NCBI GenBank assembly: GCA_045655825.1 | Contig: JAZOPY010000142.1 | Coordinates: 9,922 to 73,921, forward strand | Direction of reading: 5' to 3' | Length of the DNA stretch: 64,000 nucleotides | From: Candidatus Cryptobacteroides sp. | GTDB taxonomy: Bacteria; Bacteroidota; Bacteroidia; Bacteroidales; UBA932 | Shown here: positions 1-10,320 of the stretch, in pieces | Position numbering within the stretch: position 1 is the stretch's first letter | How the letters are laid out: each line of letters opens with the position of its first letter | Notes under the pieces: generated by a model | Told to the model about the DNA's origin: nothing | What the model saw: only the letters and a program-made list of their open reading frames with translations | Database searches by the model: none | Translations under genes and position numbers: made by a program

Positions 1-400
1 TTGATGTAGGTCCCATGCTGCCTGCCACCCATACCTTGCGCTCAAGGCCGATGGATGCTGCAAGGGCTTGCACCTCGTCAGCAGCTTCGCGTGCCAGCCT
101 TGCGCCCTCACGTGCCATCTGTTCTGCGAACTCCTCGCAGCCATACTCAGCCTGCGAAATCACATTCGCACTGAATGTGTTGGTCTCTATGATGTCAGCT
201 CCTGCTGCAATGTATTCTTTATGGATGGATTTGATTATCTCCGGACGCGTGAGATTCAGGCACTCGTTGTTGCCCTTGAGGTCTTTCGCACATCCGGCAA
301 AAGGGCCGGAATGGTAATCCTCTTCGCCGAGTTCGTACCTCTGGATCATAGTGCCCATCGCACCATCCAGGATCAGTATCTTGTCTTCAAATGAAATCAT
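1..400 (-). CDS. metH: B12-dependent methionine synthase, 5' part (runs off window start)
   Basis: Manual translation from ATG at 400: MISFEDKILILDGAMGTMIQ...DLKGNNECLNLTRPEIIKSIHKEYIAAGADIIETNTFSAN, the homocysteine-binding domain. Absent from the ORF track because it is truncated. Confidence 0.93.
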   Translation of the reverse strand, partial: MISFEDKILILDGAMGTMIQRYELGEEDYHSGPFAGCAKDLKGNNECLNLTRPEIIKSIHKEYIAAGADIIETNTFSANVISQAEYGCEEFAEQMAREGARLAREAADEVQALAASIGLERKVWVAGSMGPTS

Positions 401-456
401 TGTAGTAGCGCAAACTAATTCAAACATACAAATATACTCATAATTTCTTACTCGTC

Positions 457-504
457 CTGCTCGCGACGCAAGGTTTCGGGCCAATTTTGCTGCGTCGCGA
501 GTAG
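457..504. repeat. Inverted repeat/hairpin
   Basis: CTCGCGACGCA (460-470) pairs with TGCGTCGCGAG (491-501). Confidence 0.7.
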
Positions 505-563
505 TAGATTGTAGTAACCGTGTAAAGCGTGTCACCTAAGGTCTTGACATAGAGCGTGTTAAG

Positions 564-600
564 TAGTTATGCCTGCTGTCAATTGCAGCAGGCATAACTA
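564..600. repeat. Perfect 15-bp hairpin downstream of priA (terminator or REP-like)
   Basis: TAGTTATGCCTGCTG-tcaattg-CAGCAGGCATAACTA. Confidence 0.75.
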
Positions 601-639
601 TGGAAAAAGCTGAAAATCAGCTCGTTAGGTGTTACGGGG

Positions 640-2922
640 CTACGCGGGATCTACATTGATAGAGATGTGTCCTGTGTATTTCTCGGTCTTTTCGAAGTTT
701 GTGATTATGTTTCTCAGTGTCGATTTGTGACTGCGCAGATTACGGTCCTTCTTGAGACTGATTCGGATTGTGCGGATGAACTGGTCTGCTATCTTGTCGA
801 CTGCAGGAACGTAAGGACCGGTCACTGGACCGCTTTGCAGGAATGACTTCCTGTCATCAGTCTGGCCGAAGTGGCGGTTCAGTAGTTCCGCGAGCCTGCA
901 TGCTTTTCGAGACGCTCTGTCTTCATAGGTGTCCATGAAGGTGATTTCGATGATGCGGCTGAAAGGCGGATAGTTCAGGTCGCGTCTTTCCTGGAGCATG
1001 TCCGGAAGGATGCCTGCAGCTGTGTCGCCGATGCAAAGCCTGCTGTAGACCGGATGATCCGGCTGTGAAGTCTGTATTATGAACAGACCCTTCTGGCCGC
1101 GTCTTCCACACCTGCCGCGGAACTGCTCCAGAAGCTGGAGTGCCTTCTCGTCCGCGCGGAAATCCTGTAGACCTAGAAGTGTATCGGCTGCAAGTACTGC
1201 AACGAGTGACAAATTGCTGAAATCGAATCCTTTAGCAAGCATCTGAGTGCCTACGAGGATGTCTATTTCTCCTCGCGAAAACTCTTTAATTACTCGAGCC
1301 TCATATTTCTTGTCCGACGAGGTGTCGCTGTCGAGGCGAGCTATGCGTGCGTCAGGGAACAGCTGGGCAGCCTCCTCTTCGATCTTCTGCGTGCCTGCTC
1401 CAAGGGGTTTCAATGAACCGGAGCATTTGGCGCATTTTCCAGTAAATGCGGCTTTATGTCCGCAGTAGTGGCACGTCAGGAATTCTCCCGAAGCTCCCTT
1501 GTGCAGGGTCATGCTGACATTGCAGTGAGGACATTTCACGATCTCTCCGCATCCTACGCACTGCAGTGCTGCCGCCCATGCACGTCGCGAACGGAGGAGC
1601 ATGACCTGCTGGCCCTGGCTCAAGGTCATGCGGATGCTTTCGATCAGCTTTCGCGAGAAGTTGCCTTCCATGCCTCTCTTCCGCCTTTCTGCCTTGGTGT
1701 CAATTATCTGTATCTCCGAGGAATCGGCTCCATGGTATCGTTCGGCAAGGCGTACGAGAACATGTTTTCCGAAGGAGCAGTTGTACTGTTCCTCAAATGA
1801 AGGCGTTGCCGAACCCATGATCACATTGCAGGAGCCAGATCCCGCCTTGCCTTGGATTGAAGCCAGCATGAGGGCTGTGTCGCGGCCGTTGTAGCGCGGT
1901 GCAGGGGAGTCCTGTTTGTATGAACTGTCGTGCTCTTCGTCCACGATGATCAGACCTAGGTCGTGATGGGGCAGGAAGAGTGACGAGCGTGTTCCGAGTA
2001 CTATATATCCGTGGGCTGCCGTACGGATGGCCTCCGCTGTGTTTCGACGGCTTGCTGCGCTTTCTCCGGAGTGGAAGACAAGAAGCCTGTCGCCGAAATG
2101 TTCAAGAAGTCTGTCCTGCAGCTGGCGGCTGAGGGCAATCTCCGGCACAAGATAGAGCACCCCACGTCCGCATGCCAGTGCTTCCAGAGCCAATTTAATG
2201 TATATCTGAGTCTTGCCTGAGCCGGTTATTCCATGCAGAAGCACAGGCTTGCCGGCAGCAAATCCGGCACGTATCTCCTCGTATGCCTTGTTCTGGGCCT
2301 GTGAAAGTTCTACGCCTGAAGCATCTGATAGGGTATTTGCATCGTCATTGTCTGACGATGTCTTTACTTCGCTTTTGGCGAATTCTTCGATGGCCTTTAG
2401 AGCTGTTTCCAGCTCCTTGCTGATTTTTGAGACTCCATCGAGGTGTCCGGCGTGCGCCTTCGTGCCGGGACGGCTCTTTTCAAGCTGCTCCTTTCTGCGT
2501 TCAAGCCTCTCCGTCAGCTTGTCTGCCTTGGCCTTAATGCTTGTGAGCAGACGCTCGCGTCTTTCGCGCGCCCTTGCCAGAGCAGATGCACGGGCCTCTT
2601 CCAAAGAAATCTTCATGGCAGGATAAGCCGCCTTGTAGACCTCTCCTATAGAGCAGAGGTAGTACTCAGCAACCTGTCTCCATAACAGAATCTCCTCTGT
2701 AAGAATCCTCTCCAGATCCCTCTCGACGCCCAGAATGGGCTTCACCTTGTCAGGGACCACCTCAGACTGTACGTCGACAGCGCTCACGACTGCAACATAC
2801 TCCTTGTTTGAAAACACCACCCTTACCCTGTCTCCGACATTGACTTCCTCGGAAGCAATGTAGAAGGGCTCCCACTCAAGCTTGAGAGGGATGATCACCT
2901 GTATGAAAGTGCGGTTTTCCAT
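640..2922 (-). CDS. priA: Primosomal protein N' (replication restart helicase)
   Basis: GITGSGKT Walker A, LVPEIAL, DEEH, four CxxC pairs, GTQMLAKGFDF, YPPF. Confidence 0.96.
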   Translation of the reverse strand: MENRTFIQVIIPLKLEWEPFYIASEEVNVGDRVRVVFSNKEYVAVVSAVDVQSEVVPDKVKPILGVERDLERILTEEILLWRQVAEYYLCSIGEVYKAAYPAMKISLEEARASALARARERRERLLTSIKAKADKLTERLERRKEQLEKSRPGTKAHAGHLDGVSKISKELETALKAIEEFAKSEVKTSSDNDDANTLSDASGVELSQAQNKAYEEIRAGFAAGKPVLLHGITGSGKTQIYIKLALEALACGRGVLYLVPEIALSRQLQDRLLEHFGDRLLVFHSGESAASRRNTAEAIRTAAHGYIVLGTRSSLFLPHHDLGLIIVDEEHDSSYKQDSPAPRYNGRDTALMLASIQGKAGSGSCNVIMGSATPSFEEQYNCSFGKHVLVRLAERYHGADSSEIQIIDTKAERRKRGMEGNFSRKLIESIRMTLSQGQQVMLLRSRRAWAAALQCVGCGEIVKCPHCNVSMTLHKGASGEFLTCHYCGHKAAFTGKCAKCSGSLKPLGAGTQKIEEEAAQLFPDARIARLDSDTSSDKKYEARVIKEFSRGEIDILVGTQMLAKGFDFSNLSLVAVLAADTLLGLQDFRADEKALQLLEQFRGRCGRRGQKGLFIIQTSQPDHPVYSRLCIGDTAAGILPDMLQERRDLNYPPFSRIIEITFMDTYEDRASRKACRLAELLNRHFGQTDDRKSFLQSGPVTGPYVPAVDKIADQFIRTIRISLKKDRNLRSHKSTLRNIITNFEKTEKYTGHISINVDPA

Positions 2923-3572
2923 TAAAGTTCCTCAATCCTGTTTCCTTGTGCGAACCATTGCCCGATGATATCCACATACTTGTGGTTGTGCATGTCTGTG
3001 CCGTACATGGTCACAATGCCCTCGTCAACCAATGCACGTGCCCTGTCGCGTGCGGCAATGCCGTAAAGGCCGGCCAGCGAACCGTAGTTGCACTGTATCA
3101 CGACTCCTGCATCGACAAACTCAAGAAGCTCCTTGTGCGAAAGGTAAAAATAACGCTCCGGATGTGGCAGAATGGGGGTCAGACCCATCGCAAGAATCCT
3201 CCTGAATTCCTCAAGCGGCTTTATGTCCTGCATCTCTTCGCGGTGCGAGATCGGCAGTTCCGTCAGGATAAACCTGTCTTCTATAGGCATGATCCAGTTC
3301 TTTTCCAGAACCTCCGGCCAGGTCTCGGGCACAAGCCTGTACTCGGCGGACATAGCCAGGGATATGTCTCCATCCACCGCCTCCTGCAACTGATCAAAGG
3401 CGCGCCTTATCGTGTCGGGAGTGTTCCTGTATGCGGCATTGATATGCGGGGTGCATGTGATCTTCTCAAATCCCCACGACTTCATGGCTGAAACAAGCTC
3501 CACAGCGTTCTGCAGAGAGGTCGCTCCGTCGTCAAGACATGGCAGTACATGGCTATGATAATCAATCTTCAT
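2922..3572 (-). CDS. CpsB/CapC-family PHP tyrosine-protein phosphatase
   Basis: DYHSHVLP..DDG, TPH, PHPERY, GTDMH motifs. Confidence 0.88.
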   Translation of the reverse strand: MKIDYHSHVLPCLDDGATSLQNAVELVSAMKSWGFEKITCTPHINAAYRNTPDTIRRAFDQLQEAVDGDISLAMSAEYRLVPETWPEVLEKNWIMPIEDRFILTELPISHREEMQDIKPLEEFRRILAMGLTPILPHPERYFYLSHKELLEFVDAGVVIQCNYGSLAGLYGIAARDRARALVDEGIVTMYGTDMHNHKYVDIIGQWFAQGNRIEEL

Positions 3573-3574
3573 TG

Positions 3575-4153
3575 CTAAATCATCTTAAGTAATTCTTCAT
3601 ATACAAGATGTACCGGAAGACCCATGATCGTGAAGTATGATCCCTCAATCTTTCCTATGCCTGCATAACCGATCCATTCCTGGATACCGTACGCGCCGGC
3701 CTTGTCAAATGGCTTGTAGTTGTCTATGTAATATTCTATCTCGTTGTCTGTCAGTTCTTTGAAATAGACAATTGCAGTATCGCTTAAAGTCTGGCAGCCG
3801 GAGCAGTCGCGCAGTGTTACGGCTGTAATAACCTTGTGCTCGCGGCCGGACAAGCAGCGAAGCATGTCAAAAGCCTCCTCGCCTGAATGCGGCTTGCCCA
3901 TGACTCTGTCGCCGCACATGACCAATGTGTCGGATGTGATGAGGATCTCGTCGTCAGACAGGGGGCGATGGAAGCCGTATGACTTGCCTTCAGACAGTAC
4001 TTCAGGTATCTTTTCGATAGGAGTCGAAGGATCGTACGTCTCTTCGAAGCTGTTGCGTGTGTCGACTTCAAATTCTATGTCCAGGCCAGCAAGCAGCTCC
4101 TTGCGACGAGGGGAGTTGCTGCCAAGAATTATCTTTTTACCGCGTATATCCAT
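3575..4153 (-). CDS. maf: Maf-family nucleoside triphosphate pyrophosphatase
   Basis: ILGSNSPRRKELL, SDT, GKP, DKAGAYGIQ, GLP. Confidence 0.95.
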   Translation of the reverse strand: MDIRGKKIILGSNSPRRKELLAGLDIEFEVDTRNSFEETYDPSTPIEKIPEVLSEGKSYGFHRPLSDDEILITSDTLVMCGDRVMGKPHSGEEAFDMLRCLSGREHKVITAVTLRDCSGCQTLSDTAIVYFKELTDNEIEYYIDNYKPFDKAGAYGIQEWIGYAGIGKIEGSYFTIMGLPVHLVYEELLKMI

Positions 4154-4261
4154 TTATAGCAAAATTTTCGGATGCTAAGGTACACATAATTTTGCATAGG
4201 CGCGAAAATAATCTTAAATTTGCTTGGATATATAGGGCAAAGCCCTACAGTGGATAACGAT

Positions 4262-5866
4262 ATGGCGTTTTTGGAAGAATATACATTGCTGGATGAGATC
4301 GGACAGGGCGGATTTGCTACTGTCTATAAGGTGCGTCACAATGAATTGGGCTACATCAGAGCCCTTCGTGTGATGAATGCAGTCATTGCGCGCGGCACCG
4401 AGGACAAGACCTATAAGCGCTTCATCGATGAGTGCCGTCTTCTTATGCGCATCGGTAACGGAAACCACCCGAACATCATCCACATCTGCAGAACCCTGCT
4501 GAAGGAGCAGAGGGCGGCTGTGGAGATGGATTTTGTAGATGGATATCCGTTGTCTAAATATGTCTCAAGGTGCGGAGGGTTCGTTCCTGTTGACGAAGTG
4601 ATGACACTTTTGGAGCAGATGAGCAGCGCCTTGGCATATTGTCATGAGGATATTTACCGCTTCTGCATGGACCGTGTGGAGGATGACCTTCAGGACGATC
4701 CGGAGGATGGCTCTAAGGTTCTGATAGACGATCAGACCCGCGAACGCCTGATCCAGAAATATCGTGTAATCCATAACGACATACACTCCGACAACATCAT
4801 CAGAAGGGAAGACGGAAACTATATCCTGCTGGATTTCGGTCTCGCTATTCAGGGCGAGAATGTCGTGCGAAGCAGCAGGCGCTCTGATGGTGCGCCGGAG
4901 TTCAAGGCTCCTGAAAAATGGGATGGTGACACTGAACTTACAACACAGTCGGATATCTATGGCTTGGGCGTGGTTCTATATGAATGCCTTGCCGGACGTG
5001 TTCCGTTCCCGCTTTCTTCTGATGAGGCCGGGTCGGTAAGGGCTCTTTATCTTCTTGGAGAATCACACAAGTCCCAGATTCCTGATTCGATATATGAGCT
5101 GAGAAAAGCAGCATTCGAAAAGGCAAACCCAGGCCAGACCTATGACGCTCCTGACTATCCTCAGTGGCTCGAGGAGGTGATCATGAAGTGTCTTGAGAAA
5201 AAGCCTCAGGACCGCTTCCTTAACGGTAAGGAACTCTATGCATATATCAAGGAGAAAAAGGCCGAGGAGAAGGCAAAGGCTTCTGTCCCGGTTCAGGAAC
5301 CTGTTCAGGAACCGGTCGTGGAACCTATCGTAGAGCCGACCGAAGAACATTCCTTTGGACCAATTGCAGAGACAGTTCCGGAGCCGGTTCCTGCTGCACC
5401 AGTAAAAGTGGTGTCATCCAAGGGACTCAAGGCCTGGAGGGCAGCTGCCGTATTGTCTGCATTGATGGCAGTCGGTATGGCAGTCTTTGGATATTACAAA
5501 CTGTATGTGGCAGAGCCGGGAAATAAGCCGGCCGCAGAAGAGTGCGAGGATATCATTCGCCCGCTTGATGCAGATCACCCGGCGATGGTCTATCTGGAAG
5601 GTAACGCGACACTTTCACGCTCCGAGATGGAAGATATTCCAGAGCTTCGTGGCCTTTGGGATGCCATCAATACTTATGACTATGAAAAGTATACATCATA
5701 TTTCACGCTCCTTCAGAACTCAAACAGCTACATGACTGTTTTGATGAGACTCAGGGATAAGAAGGAATCGCTGGAATACCTGAACGAGAAAGGAGAGACA
5801 TTTGCTAGCGAGGGGCAGGATGAGATCCCGATGATTTCATATCTGTTCAGATTACTTAGATATTAA
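4262..5866 (+). CDS. Membrane-anchored Hanks-type Ser/Thr protein kinase (atypical motifs)
   Basis: IGQGGFATVY, HPNI, HNDIHSDN, DFG, APE, DIYGLG; Pro/Glu linker, then a TM helix and C-terminal domain. ATG 4262 preferred because promoter TAAATTTG is at 4215-4222. Confidence 0.88.
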   Translation: MAFLEEYTLLDEIGQGGFATVYKVRHNELGYIRALRVMNAVIARGTEDKTYKRFIDECRLLMRIGNGNHPNIIHICRTLLKEQRAAVEMDFVDGYPLSKYVSRCGGFVPVDEVMTLLEQMSSALAYCHEDIYRFCMDRVEDDLQDDPEDGSKVLIDDQTRERLIQKYRVIHNDIHSDNIIRREDGNYILLDFGLAIQGENVVRSSRRSDGAPEFKAPEKWDGDTELTTQSDIYGLGVVLYECLAGRVPFPLSSDEAGSVRALYLLGESHKSQIPDSIYELRKAAFEKANPGQTYDAPDYPQWLEEVIMKCLEKKPQDRFLNGKELYAYIKEKKAEEKAKASVPVQEPVQEPVVEPIVEPTEEHSFGPIAETVPEPVPAAPVKVVSSKGLKAWRAAAVLSALMAVGMAVFGYYKLYVAEPGNKPAAEECEDIIRPLDADHPAMVYLEGNATLSRSEMEDIPELRGLWDAINTYDYEKYTSYFTLLQNSNSYMTVLMRLRDKKESLEYLNEKGETFASEGQDEIPMISYLFRLLRY

Positions 5867-5878
5867 CCAGACATAACT

Positions 5879-7270
5879 ATGACAAACACAAACGAACAAA
5901 AGATTCTTGACATTCTGAAGGCTCAGAAAGAGTACTTCAGGACAGGGGAAACATTGGAGGTTTCCTTCAGAAAAAAGATGCTTGGAAAATTTCTCCAGGC
6001 TATGGAAAAGTGGGAACAGAAGCTTGCTGATGCACTTTGGACAGACCTTCACAAATCCTACGAGGAGGCATATCTGACAGAAATCAGCATTGTAAAGGGT
6101 GAGATAGCAAACCATAAGAAGCATGTGTGCAAGTGGGCCCGCCGCAGAAAGAAGAGCTCTCCTCTGAAGCTTTTTCCTTCGAGGAGCTATGTTGTGAAGG
6201 AACCGCTTGGTACGGCTCTCATCGTATCTCCATGGAACTATCCTGTACAACTTCTGCTGAATCCGCTTGTTGGAGCGATATCATCGGGATGTACTGCGGT
6301 TCTGAAGCCGTCTCCATACGTACCGACAGTTTCAAAGGTCATCGAAGAGATGATTCAGGATACGTTTGAGGAGAAGTACATCGCTGTGGTTCAGGGAAAC
6401 AGGGAAGTAAATGCCATTCTGTTCGAGCAGCGTTGGGATGTGATATTCTTCACAGGTAGCCCTGTATTGGCAAAGACTGTGATGGCTTCGGCAGCGAAAC
6501 ATCTGACTCCGGTTGTGCTGGAGCTTGGTGGCAAGAGCCCATGTATCATTGATAAGACCGCCGATATCAAGCGTACGGCAAAGAGAATCGCATGGGGAAA
6601 GACCCTGAACAGCGGTCAGACATGCATTGCGCCTGACTATATCCTCATCCACAAGGATGTGAAGGATGCATTCGTGAAGGCATTTGCCGCCGAGGTGAAG
6701 AATCTCCATGGTGAGGATGTTTCGAAGGACAAGCATTATGTGAGAATGGTGAATGACCGCGCATTCGAGCGAGTGACAGGTTATTTCAAGGATGGAAAGA
6801 TCATCTATGGAGGAGGCTCGGACGCAGCAACAAGATACATAGAGCCTACTCTCATTGAAGATGTGCCGCTTGATTCGCCGCTCATGACCGAAGAAATATT
6901 CGGACCTGTCTTTCCGATCATTGAGATGGATGATACCGGTAAGGGATTCCGCGAAAAGGTAATAGACTTTGTCACTGAGCGTGAAAAGCCTCTTGCTTTC
7001 TATTATTTCGGCAAGGAATCAGACGGATGGGAGATGGTTCGCCGTACTTCTTCAGGAGGAGGATGCATCAATGATGTGATCATGCATATCGCCAACGAGA
7101 ACGTTCCGTTCGGCGGAGTAGGAAACTCTGGTATGGGACGCTATCACGATCGAGACAGTTTCGAAGCCTTTAGTCACACGCGTTCTATCGTAGCAACTGG
7201 CACATGGCTTGATCTTCCTTTCCGCTATATGCCTTACAAGATGTTCTCTTTGGTGAAGAAGCTATTGTAA
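5879..7270 (+). CDS. NAD(P)-dependent aldehyde dehydrogenase (ALDH3-like)
   Basis: SPWNYP, FTGS, LELGGKSP, GQTCIAPDY, EEIFGP, PFGGVGNSGMG. Confidence 0.95.
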   Translation: MTNTNEQKILDILKAQKEYFRTGETLEVSFRKKMLGKFLQAMEKWEQKLADALWTDLHKSYEEAYLTEISIVKGEIANHKKHVCKWARRRKKSSPLKLFPSRSYVVKEPLGTALIVSPWNYPVQLLLNPLVGAISSGCTAVLKPSPYVPTVSKVIEEMIQDTFEEKYIAVVQGNREVNAILFEQRWDVIFFTGSPVLAKTVMASAAKHLTPVVLELGGKSPCIIDKTADIKRTAKRIAWGKTLNSGQTCIAPDYILIHKDVKDAFVKAFAAEVKNLHGEDVSKDKHYVRMVNDRAFERVTGYFKDGKIIYGGGSDAATRYIEPTLIEDVPLDSPLMTEEIFGPVFPIIEMDDTGKGFREKVIDFVTEREKPLAFYYFGKESDGWEMVRRTSSGGGCINDVIMHIANENVPFGGVGNSGMGRYHDRDSFEAFSHTRSIVATGTWLDLPFRYMPYKMFSLVKKLL

Positions 7271-7304
7271 ATTTTGTTATATTTGAAGATTAAACACAAT
7301 TGAT

Positions 7305-8576
7305 ATGGGAACGGTTTTATTGAAAAACATTGCAGTAGAGGAAGTCGTCTCTAATATCCTGATCGATGGCAACCATATCGCCAAGGTCGTTCCTGCTGAT
7401 GTCGAAATAGAGGTGCCGCAGGGCGCTGAGGTCGTGGATTGTACAGGTAAGGCTGCGTTCCCCGGCTTTATCAACATGCATACTCACGCGGGTATGGCCC
7501 TGATGAAGGGAATAGGTGAGGACATCGCTTTCCATGAATGGCTGGACAAGATCTGGCAGGCGGAAGAGCATCTGGATGAAGAATATGTCTACCATGCAAC
7601 AAAGGCTGCCTGTCTTGAGATGATCAAGACCGGCACGACGTCTTTCAATGACCAGTATTGGAATATGCCGATGGCTTACAAGGCAGCGATGGAACTTGGA
7701 CTCAGACCAGCCTTGTCATACGTCGTTCTGGATAAGAATGATTCGGAGGAGTCTGAGCGTCAGAAGGCCCAGTGTCTCCAGATGTACGAGATGTCCAGGG
7801 AATGGGATTCCAAGGCGCAGTTCCTGATTTCGATACATGCCATATATTCTGTAAGGGAGTCCATGATACTCTGGGCAGTGGATTTCGCAAGAGAGCGCGG
7901 CCTGAAGATACATATCCATATTTCCGAGACAAGGAAGGAGGTAGAAGACTGCATGAAGGAGCACGGAATGTCTCCTGTGGAATATCTTGACAGCCTCGGA
8001 GTTCTTGGACCGGATGTCATTGCCGCCCATACATTGTGGCTCTCAGATAACGATGTAAGGATCCTTGGTGAGAGGGGAGTGACATGCGTTCATAACATCA
8101 ATTCAAACCTCAAGCTCGCTTCCGGATACCGTTTCCGTTACAATGAACTTAAAGCTGCCGGAGCGAATGTGTGTCTGGGCACGGACGGCTGCGGATCGTC
8201 GAACAATCTCGATCTGCTTGAAGCCATGAAGACATCAGCGATCGTTCAGAAGGCATGGCGTGATGACCCGTCTGCAATGCCGCTCGACGAACTGGCTGCA
8301 ATGGTGTCGACAAATGCTGCCAAGGCATTGGGCATCAATGCAGGACAGATCAAGGAAGGAATGCTTGCAGACATTCTGATTATAGATATTGACAATTACC
8401 AGTTCCTTTCTCCGGCAGGATTCCTGGCGAACCTGGTTTATTCGGCTCACTCAGACTGCGTTGACTCTGTCATCTGTGACGGAAAGTTCATCATGCGCGG
8501 CAGAGTTGTCGAAGGAGAAAAGGAGATTATCGCTAACGCCAGAAAACAAATGTACAGAGTATGGATCCAAGAGTAG
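7305..8576 (+). CDS. Amidohydrolase, MTA/SAH deaminase-like
   Basis: [41 protein letters not shown]; adjacent to PNP. Confidence 0.85.
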   Translation: MGTVLLKNIAVEEVVSNILIDGNHIAKVVPADVEIEVPQGAEVVDCTGKAAFPGFINMHTHAGMALMKGIGEDIAFHEWLDKIWQAEEHLDEEYVYHATKAACLEMIKTGTTSFNDQYWNMPMAYKAAMELGLRPALSYVVLDKNDSEESERQKAQCLQMYEMSREWDSKAQFLISIHAIYSVRESMILWAVDFARERGLKIHIHISETRKEVEDCMKEHGMSPVEYLDSLGVLGPDVIAAHTLWLSDNDVRILGERGVTCVHNINSNLKLASGYRFRYNELKAAGANVCLGTDGCGSSNNLDLLEAMKTSAIVQKAWRDDPSAMPLDELAAMVSTNAAKALGINAGQIKEGMLADILIIDIDNYQFLSPAGFLANLVYSAHSDCVDSVICDGKFIMRGRVVEGEKEIIANARKQMYRVWIQE

Positions 8577-9388
8577 AAAAGATCATGACTGCTGCAGATT
8601 ATATTGCAGCGAAACTTGATGGTAAGAAGCCTTTTGCAGGTATCGTTCTGGGCAGTGGCCTTGGAAAGCTTGCAGAGAAGATCGAGAATAAGATAGTTAT
8701 CCCATATAAGGAGATCCCTGGATTTCCTGTTTCGACAGCAGTGGGACACAAGGGAAACTTCATTGCAGGTGAGCTCGGCGGAAAGTTCGTTGTAGCCATG
8801 CAGGGACGCTTCCACTACTATGAGGGCTACCCGATGGAGCTCGTGACCCTTCCTATCAGGGTTATGAAGGTTCTTGGAATACAGTACCTCTTCGTTTCAA
8901 ATGCTGCAGGTGGCGTTAACTTCGACTTCAAGGTGGGCGACCTGATGGTCATCACAGACCACATCAACCATCTTCCGAATCCGCTCGTAGGCCCTAATAT
9001 GGAGGAGTTTGGCCCTCGTTTCCCAGATATGACACGTCCATACGATAAAGATCTCCGCAGAAGGGCATTTGAACTTGCAGCAAGACACTGCATCGAACTC
9101 AAGAGCGGCGTATATTTCGCAGGTACAGGTCCGTCTTACGAGACACCGGCAGAATACAAGTATTTCCGCCTTATCGGTGCAGACGCTGTCGGAATGTCTA
9201 CTATTCCGGAGGTAATCGTGGCACGTCACTCGGATATCCCTGTCTTCGGTATGTCTGTCATCACAAACGAAGCGCATGACGACTACGCAGAGGACTATGT
9301 AAACGACGGAGACGATGTCGTTCAGGCAGCTGATGCCGCGGCAGACAAGATGACACTCCTTTTCTCAGAAATCATTAGATCGCTGTAA
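8561..9388 (+). CDS. punA: Purine nucleoside phosphorylase (trimeric type)
   Basis: [36 protein letters not shown]. Confidence 0.93.
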   Translation: MDPRVEKIMTAADYIAAKLDGKKPFAGIVLGSGLGKLAEKIENKIVIPYKEIPGFPVSTAVGHKGNFIAGELGGKFVVAMQGRFHYYEGYPMELVTLPIRVMKVLGIQYLFVSNAAGGVNFDFKVGDLMVITDHINHLPNPLVGPNMEEFGPRFPDMTRPYDKDLRRRAFELAARHCIELKSGVYFAGTGPSYETPAEYKYFRLIGADAVGMSTIPEVIVARHSDIPVFGMSVITNEAHDDYAEDYVNDGDDVVQAADAAADKMTLLFSEIIRSL

Positions 9389-10320
9389 TGAGAATATTTA
9401 GAAATATCATGGTTGCAGTATTATGTGCTGCAACCATTTCATGTACAGACCTCAAGCCTCTTGAGGATGATATAGCTGACCTCAAGGATCAGCTGGCGCA
9501 GCTACGCGGCCAATGTGAGTCGATGAACGAATCCCTTGACGCCCTTTCTGTGGTTGTGGATGCTCTGGCGCAGAGTGACTTTGTTACGAGCGTGCAGGAT
9601 ATCTCAAATGATAAGGAGCAGGGATATGTGATAACTTTTGTCCATAGCCCTACGATCACAATCAGGATACCTGTGCAAAATCAGACTGACAATAACGGAA
9701 CTCATGCCAAGGCTCCTGTCATTTCTGTAAAGATGGGTGAAGACGGCGTCTATTACTGGGCATCAGACGGAGAGTATGTGCTCGATCAGGATGGCAACCG
9801 CGTACCTGTAGGAACAGACGGAATGACTCCTCAGCTGAAGATCGAAGGAGGCAAGTGGTATGTTTCGTATGACCAGGGAGCGACTTGGGAATACCTGGCG
9901 GAAGTACCGGTACAGGGCACTGACGGATATGTTTTCAGTGCGGTCGATATGTCAGATCCTTCCAAGGTGACTCTGACTCTTGCTGACGGCCAGAAGATAA
10001 CTCTGCCGGTGGCGGTTGATGGCCTGCTGTCGATAAGCACAGACTCGAATGCGTCTCACGTAAGCGGTGATGTAGTATCGGTCAGCTATTCCGCATTGAA
10101 GAAAGTTTCGGTGATTGTCGATGATGCAGATGTGCAGCATTCCGAGATCATTGTTTCAGATGATAAGAATGGCGAGATCCGTATTCAGACCCGCCCTGAT
10201 GAGGCCCTGATAAAGCAGCGTGCATTCTTGATCTTCAGCATTGAGGGCTATCCTCAGCAGGACTGGAGGTTACTTAGTTTTGACTCTGCCGGAAAGGCGA
10301 TACTCTCTGATATCAAGTAA
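9388..10320 (+). CDS. Lipoprotein with DUF4988/PL29-N-terminal-like coiled-coil and beta domain
   Basis: Lipobox TISC, coiled coil, DGVYYW, TPQLKIEGGKWYVSYDQGATW. Confidence 0.75.
   Translation: MRIFRNIMVAVLCAATISCTDLKPLEDDIADLKDQLAQLRGQCESMNESLDALSVVVDALAQSDFVTSVQDISNDKEQGYVITFVHSPTITIRIPVQNQTDNNGTHAKAPVISVKMGEDGVYYWASDGEYVLDQDGNRVPVGTDGMTPQLKIEGGKWYVSYDQGATWEYLAEVPVQGTDGYVFSAVDMSDPSKVTLTLADGQKITLPVAVDGLLSISTDSNASHVSGDVVSVSYSALKKVSVIVDDADVQHSEIIVSDDKNGEIRIQTRPDEALIKQRAFLIFSIEGYPQQDWRLLSFDSAGKAILSDIK

Noticed and set aside
15-394. Plus-strand ORFs 15-317 and 68-394
   Set aside because: Antisense shadows of metH on the minus strand
401-639. SAM or cobalamin riboswitch for metH
   Set aside because: No recognisable consensus, and the -7 promoter lies downstream of the hairpins
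5289-5340. 12-bp tandem repeats in the kinase gene
   Set aside because: They encode an ordinary EPVQ/EPVV linker
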